Shown here: positions 59,765 through 64,000 of the stretch, one piece after another
Layout: every line of letters begins with the position of its first letter
Numbering within the stretch: the first letter of the stretch is position 1
Assembly: GCA_965198175.1 (NCBI GenBank)
Contig: OZ240245.1
Coordinates: 2,784,001 to 2,848,000 of the forward strand
Length of the DNA: 64,000 nt
Origin: Candidatus Poribacteria bacterium
Lineage (GTDB): Bacteria > Poribacteria > WGA-4E > PCPOR2b
Reading direction: 5' to 3'
Made by a program: the position numbers and the translations under genes
Notes under the pieces: model-generated
What the model saw: only the letters and a program-made list of their open reading frames with translations
Told to the model about the DNA's origin: nothing
Databases searched by the model: none

Positions 59765-61729
59765 GTGCCTCCAAAAAACCTCCTGCCGAACGCCGCATTC
59801 GAACTAGAATTCGGCGATCATGTACCTACTGATTGGGCTGACTACTATAATCCGTTGACCATAAAGCTATTGGCACGCCACCAAATCCCCAAGGTGTCGC
59901 CACGAAGTGAAATCGTCGAAGATGCGATGCACGGTGAGCGGGCAGCCCGCGTAGAAACCGAAAGCATCGGCGGGAGGGCAATCGCGCATTTGACCTCCGC
60001 GATGGTGTCTGTACAGCCCTGCACACCGCATAGCATTTCGGTTTATGCAAAGTGCGAGGCCCCCGCCGCCACACTAGAGATGGGCTTGTGGACGCGACCG
60101 CTGGACTTTACAAAGACGCCCGACTCTCTGAGCTACCCAATCCCCATTTCGACGACGTGGCGGCGTTACGAGTTTACTTGCTGCACTGACGAGCTAGAAG
60201 ATTGCGCCGTGGTCGATTTCAAGGTCACTTCTGAAAATGACAGGACGGTGGTCTGGTTCAATGGTGCGCAGCTTGAACAAGGACCGCGGGCGTCGGAATT
60301 CACAACCAGGCGGGAAGTGGAAGCTGCGGTTGAAGGGCGGCGCGGTCAGTTGACGCACCTCAACGATGAGCCGCTGAAGCTGTATCTTACAACCTACAAC
60401 CATACGAGCCAGCCGCGAAATGAACCCATCACTTTGAAGATAAGCGAACTGGTCACGAATCGCCAGATCTTCAACCACACCATCACCGAACCCGTTCCAA
60501 CCGGGCGCAGTGAGCGCACGTTGTCGCTGCCTTTCCCCTTTGTTGGCGAGTTTCGCGCCCAGCTTTTCACCGTGAGCGGGGAACAGATTAGTACCGGCGA
60601 CTACATCTTCGTCAACCATCCGGTTTTCGAGGAGACCTATCAAGCCGTGCTCTACACACGGTGCAGCGCAGTGCATCAACTGCCCGCGGAACGGGGCGTG
60701 CTGCCGTGGACGAACGATCGCAATTGGTATGCAGACCCGCCGGCGACATTGACCGTAACGGACGATGACGCAATTCACGTCCAGACCAGCGACGGTCACA
60801 CGGTGATGCGTACGCGTGACGGCGGTCGAACCTGGGACAATCTGCAGGTGACCAAACCGATTAACACCGTCCTTCGCGACGGGGTGTTCGTGGCTGCCGA
60901 GTTGGAAGACGAAGACATCGTCGTGTATAAATCGGATGATCTCGGACGTACATGGGGGGCAATCGGACGCATTGACCAAGCCCGACAACCGCAGATGGGG
61001 GGGATTGAGCAGTTGCGCAATGGAGAGCTAATCGTCCCAATCGGTATTGAGGCGCGCGCTGCGGCCGGACAAAGCACCGTCCACGCCTTTCGATCGACGG
61101 ATGGAGGGGTGACATGGTCAGCCGGTGCGCCCATCTGTCCCGGCGGCGAGCCGCAAATTCTTGAATTGCAGTCCGGACGGTTACTTGCGTTCTGTCGGAA
61201 CAACCCGAGGGTACCAATTGGCGACCTACAGCGCCCATTTCGGAACGAAGGCCCCTGGCTGCTGTGGCAGCGGTTGGGGAATCACCGAACGCTATCGTCA
61301 TACACAAAGCGGATAACGCTGGCTGAGTCGGACGACGGCGGTGAGACTTGGCACAGTCAACGCCCCGCAACCTTTCTACTTGAAGAGATGCACGGTGGAG
61401 CCGTACAATTGCCCGATGGCCGTATCGTCTTGCTTTACACCCACCGGGGACCCCACTATCGGGGCGGCGAACGCGCCAAGGTGAGTTGCGACGAAGGGCG
61501 GACATGGCGCGACGAACTGTATTACCTGACGGCGACGCCATCCTACCCCGGCTATTCCGGCAGTTGCGTCTTACCGCCGCATTTAGCCGACGGCGTGCCG
61601 GGCACTATCTTGACCGTCGTTGGCGAAAGATCGGAAGGCAACTGGGGCAGTGAGGGACCGCCGACACCGGAAGGTTTCAAATACATGCCGCGAATGCAGG
61701 CGATTCGTTGGCGCCCCGTAGACTCGTAA
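59765..61729 (+). CDS. BNR/Asp-box sialidase-like hydrolase with N-terminal carbohydrate-binding-like domain
   Basis: Asp-boxes TRDGGRTW, SDDLGRTW, STDGGVTW, SDDGGETW and SCDEGRTW; NLLPNAAFE...AQLEQG N-terminal module. Confidence 0.85.
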   Translation: MPPKNLLPNAAFELEFGDHVPTDWADYYNPLTIKLLARHQIPKVSPRSEIVEDAMHGERAARVETESIGGRAIAHLTSAMVSVQPCTPHSISVYAKCEAPAATLEMGLWTRPLDFTKTPDSLSYPIPISTTWRRYEFTCCTDELEDCAVVDFKVTSENDRTVVWFNGAQLEQGPRASEFTTRREVEAAVEGRRGQLTHLNDEPLKLYLTTYNHTSQPRNEPITLKISELVTNRQIFNHTITEPVPTGRSERTLSLPFPFVGEFRAQLFTVSGEQISTGDYIFVNHPVFEETYQAVLYTRCSAVHQLPAERGVLPWTNDRNWYADPPATLTVTDDDAIHVQTSDGHTVMRTRDGGRTWDNLQVTKPINTVLRDGVFVAAELEDEDIVVYKSDDLGRTWGAIGRIDQARQPQMGGIEQLRNGELIVPIGIEARAAAGQSTVHAFRSTDGGVTWSAGAPICPGGEPQILELQSGRLLAFCRNNPRVPIGDLQRPFRNEGPWLLWQRLGNHRTLSSYTKRITLAESDDGGETWHSQRPATFLLEEMHGGAVQLPDGRIVLLYTHRGPHYRGGERAKVSCDEGRTWRDELYYLTATPSYPGYSGSCVLPPHLADGVPGTILTVVGERSEGNWGSEGPPTPEGFKYMPRMQAIRWRPVDS

Positions 61730-61773
61730 TATCCGCCGATGAAACTACAACTCAGGGCTCAAATGCTGGCCTG

Positions 61774-63096
61774 TCAATTTTCCGCGATGCAGTAGAGGTA
61801 TTTCTCGCCGCGCAAGAACATCTCGCTGCCAACGAGGGCAGCCGAGGCGCTGAAGCTGTCGTTCAGTCGGTTTTGCGCCAAGACACGCGGGTTATCATCG
61901 CGGCTAATTACTAGCGTTGTACCGTTCCGATCGGTGACGTAGATGCGATCAGCAGCACCCACCGGCGAAGCATAAATATCGCGGAGACCGCCGAGCCGAA
62001 AAGGACCGCCCTGATCCTCGCCGGTCTTCGCATTCACACGCGACAAAATCCCTTGATAGTGACGAAGGAAATACAACGAGTCGCCATAAAGCAGCGGGGA
62101 GGGTACGTACGGTGTTCCCCGTCTGCGGCGCCATAGCACTCGGTCAGTTCCGGTGATGTCACCCCTCGCACCCTCTAGGCGAATAGCCAGCAATGCGCGT
62201 TTGTCATAGCTGCTGCCGGCATAAACTATTCCATCCGACGCCACTGGCGAGGCGACGATGTTAGCCGACAGCCCGCCGCATTCCCAGATGACCGCCCCAG
62301 TGGCGAGATCGTAGCCTCGCACACGATGCGTGCCGCTGATGATGAGTTGCGTTTTGCCCGCGTGCTCGACGACGATTGGTGTCGCCCACGACGTGACCTC
62401 TTCACGTGCGACCTTCCAGCGCTGTTTCCCGGTGCGTTTGTCGAACGCCACCACAAAAGACTGACCTTCGTGATCCCAGTTGATAATCAGCGTGTCACCG
62501 TACAGCACAGGCGAACTGCCCTCTCCGTGCCCGTGCTTGGTCTGCATGTCACCGAGGTCTTTTTCCCACTTCAACTCACCGTCCACGTCGAAGCAATAAA
62601 GTCCTCGTGAACCGAAAAATGCGTACACGTGCTCCCCATCGGTCACCGGCGAGTTGGATGCGAGGCTAGCGGAATAATGCCCCATCTCGTGCGGCAGTTC
62701 CTCATGCACCGTCCGTTGCCAAGTAACCTTTCCGCTGCGGCGGTCGACGGCGAGGACGACAAACTTGTGGCGGGAGGTCACCGGCAGATTGTCATGTGCG
62801 CCAGGCGCATCGCTATATCTGGGGTTCAGTGCGTCACCGTGTGGAACGGCTGCGGTCGTGAATAGCGAATCACCCGAGACAATCGGCGACGAATGTCCGC
62901 TGCCCGGCAGTTCAACTTTCCATCGGATATTTTTATGCTCGCTCCATTCCAACGGAGGATCGGCATACGGCGCAACCCCAGTACCCAATGGACCGCGCCA
63001 CTGCTGCCAGTTATGTTTCGCGTCGGTGTCGCTGGCTTCCGTCATCGGGTACCCCAGCAGCCAGAATATTGCAAGGATGTACACAAAACGTCTCAT
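61774..63096 (-). CDS. PQQ-like beta-propeller repeat protein (BamB-like)
   Basis: Signal peptide, WQQWRGP, SSPIV, SSPV, DKRTGKQRW, YASPV. Confidence 0.93.
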   Translation of the reverse strand: MRRFVYILAIFWLLGYPMTEASDTDAKHNWQQWRGPLGTGVAPYADPPLEWSEHKNIRWKVELPGSGHSSPIVSGDSLFTTAAVPHGDALNPRYSDAPGAHDNLPVTSRHKFVVLAVDRRSGKVTWQRTVHEELPHEMGHYSASLASNSPVTDGEHVYAFFGSRGLYCFDVDGELKWEKDLGDMQTKHGHGEGSSPVLYGDTLIINWDHEGQSFVVAFDKRTGKQRWKVAREEVTSWATPIVVEHAGKTQLIISGTHRVRGYDLATGAVIWECGGLSANIVASPVASDGIVYAGSSYDKRALLAIRLEGARGDITGTDRVLWRRRRGTPYVPSPLLYGDSLYFLRHYQGILSRVNAKTGEDQGGPFRLGGLRDIYASPVGAADRIYVTDRNGTTLVISRDDNPRVLAQNRLNDSFSASAALVGSEMFLRGEKYLYCIAEN

Positions 63097-63135
63097 AGTT
63101 TCTTCATTAGTAAAAGAATTATTATTTATACACAG

Positions 63136-63207
63136 CGGTAGGTTCGGTTTCCTAACCGAACCGGTATTTATCCAGTCCGTTGGTGCGGTTGGAAACCGCC
63201 CCTACCG
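63136..63207. repeat. Inverted pair of GTAG-type REP elements
   Basis: CGGTAGGTTCGGTTTCCTAACCGAACCG ... GGTGCGGTTGGAAACCGCCCCTACCG. Confidence 0.7.
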
Positions 63208-63372
63208 AAACATGTGTAAAAATGAATGGAATTGGCTATATGTGAAAATCTCGCCTTTCTTAAGTGACGTGGAAATGCGAGCGGACGGTTTCTTTGTCAA
63301 GTAGGATGGGATGCAGCGCAACGGTGCGCGAGAGCGAGTATGGGTGATGCGAAGGGGTCTGGGTTTAGGTAT

Positions 63373-64000
63373 CTAGGTTAGCGCCCTGAGACTATTGTCG
63401 TCGAGCGGACGCAGCGGTGTAAAGTCGCGGTTGTTGTGATGCCAGCCGCGTTCCGTGCCGCTGCAAGCGTTGCTAACCGCGTTGTAGTTCAGGTACATTA
63501 TCGCCCGCCGCCACGGAGAGACGTTATTCGCCGATCCGTGCAGGAGGTTGCAGTGGACAAAACAGACGGATCCCGCAGGTCCTATCAGCGGGTCAATCCC
63601 GTTTTCGTCGGATAACCGTTTCATCGTGTCGTGATCGATGTGGTGCAGCGAATAGCCTTTCCCTTTGGCGTCCTTGTGCGGCGTCGAATCTAGCAGACCG
63701 TGACGGTGGGTTCCCGGCACAACCATGAGAGGCGACTTGGCAGCCGTACAGTCGTCGATAAACACGGACGCCATGATGCACCGCGGTTCTTGCATACCGT
63801 CAATGATTTTCCACGGCGGGTAATCCTGATGCCAGTCCCACGAGGATCCCTTGCCGAAGCCGTACTTCGGATTGATGCGGCTCTGATGCAGATACACGTC
63901 CTCATTCAACAGTTGGCTCACCGGCTTCAACATACGCGGAAGCAGCGAAAGACACCGGAACGGTGCGGAATATAGGTGCGCCCCGAATACAAGCATCGCC
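63373..64000 (-). CDS. PhyH family dioxygenase, ectoine/proline-hydroxylase-like; 5' end outside the window
   Basis: VYLHQSRINPK, WDWHQDY..W...DGM..PR, VPGTH, HCNLLHGSANNVSPWRR. Confidence 0.88.
   Translation of the reverse strand, partial: AMLVFGAHLYSAPFRCLSLLPRMLKPVSQLLNEDVYLHQSRINPKYGFGKGSSWDWHQDYPPWKIIDGMQEPRCIMASVFIDDCTAAKSPLMVVPGTHRHGLLDSTPHKDAKGKGYSLHHIDHDTMKRLSDENGIDPLIGPAGSVCFVHCNLLHGSANNVSPWRRAIMYLNYNAVSNACSGTERGWHHNNRDFTPLRPLDDNSLRALT

Noticed and set aside
60194..61541. Long antisense ORFs (264 and 226 aa) and similar shadow ORFs across the window
   Set aside because: They lie opposite well-supported genes in GC-rich DNA and have no recognisable motifs.
1..64000. CRISPR array, tRNA or rRNA genes
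   Set aside because: No regularly spaced repeats with unique spacers, cloverleaf/T-loop pattern or rRNA-like tract was seen by eye.
63373..64000. Firm ectD assignment
   Set aside because: WDWHQDYPPW differs from the EctD signature FxWHSDFETWH, the gene is truncated, and no ectABC genes are visible.

Overview
Bacterial chromosomal window, most likely Candidatus Poribacteria. This is inferred from the many PhyH-type dioxygenases, the LamG proteins sharing a KLAT(x)WGxIK tail, a TPR/CRTAC1 pair and a PQQ propeller. It opens with the 3' end of an IS5-family element and an isolated, motif-intact phage terminase large subunit plus an upstream partner ORF (472-2758), with no other virion genes in the window. 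Next come two zinc-finger-extended ABC exporters plus a DUF1854 gene behind a long structured leader, guaB, and a patch of decayed IS elements. A 959-aa orphan protein is tightly linked to an MDH/LDH-fold protein that lacks its catalytic residues, followed by xdhC. A decaying accessory island (17.0-21.2 kb) carries UDG-like, SeqA-like, TPR and EVE-like genes and is bordered by a divergent pair of promoter-driven structured RNA candidates, one 6S-like. The middle holds mostly metabolic genes (PAP2, orphan glmL, Fe-ADH, purH, aldolase, btpA, radical SAM, nfeD-nfeD-floA-floA, RND pump, bisphosphate nucleotidase, deoC, atypical GH32). The last 15 kb alternates LamG and PhyH genes and ends with a BNR-repeat hydrolase, a PQQ propeller and a partial EctD-like dioxygenase. 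No tRNA, rRNA or CRISPR array was seen. All family calls and RNA pairings were made by eye; no searches or folding programs were run.
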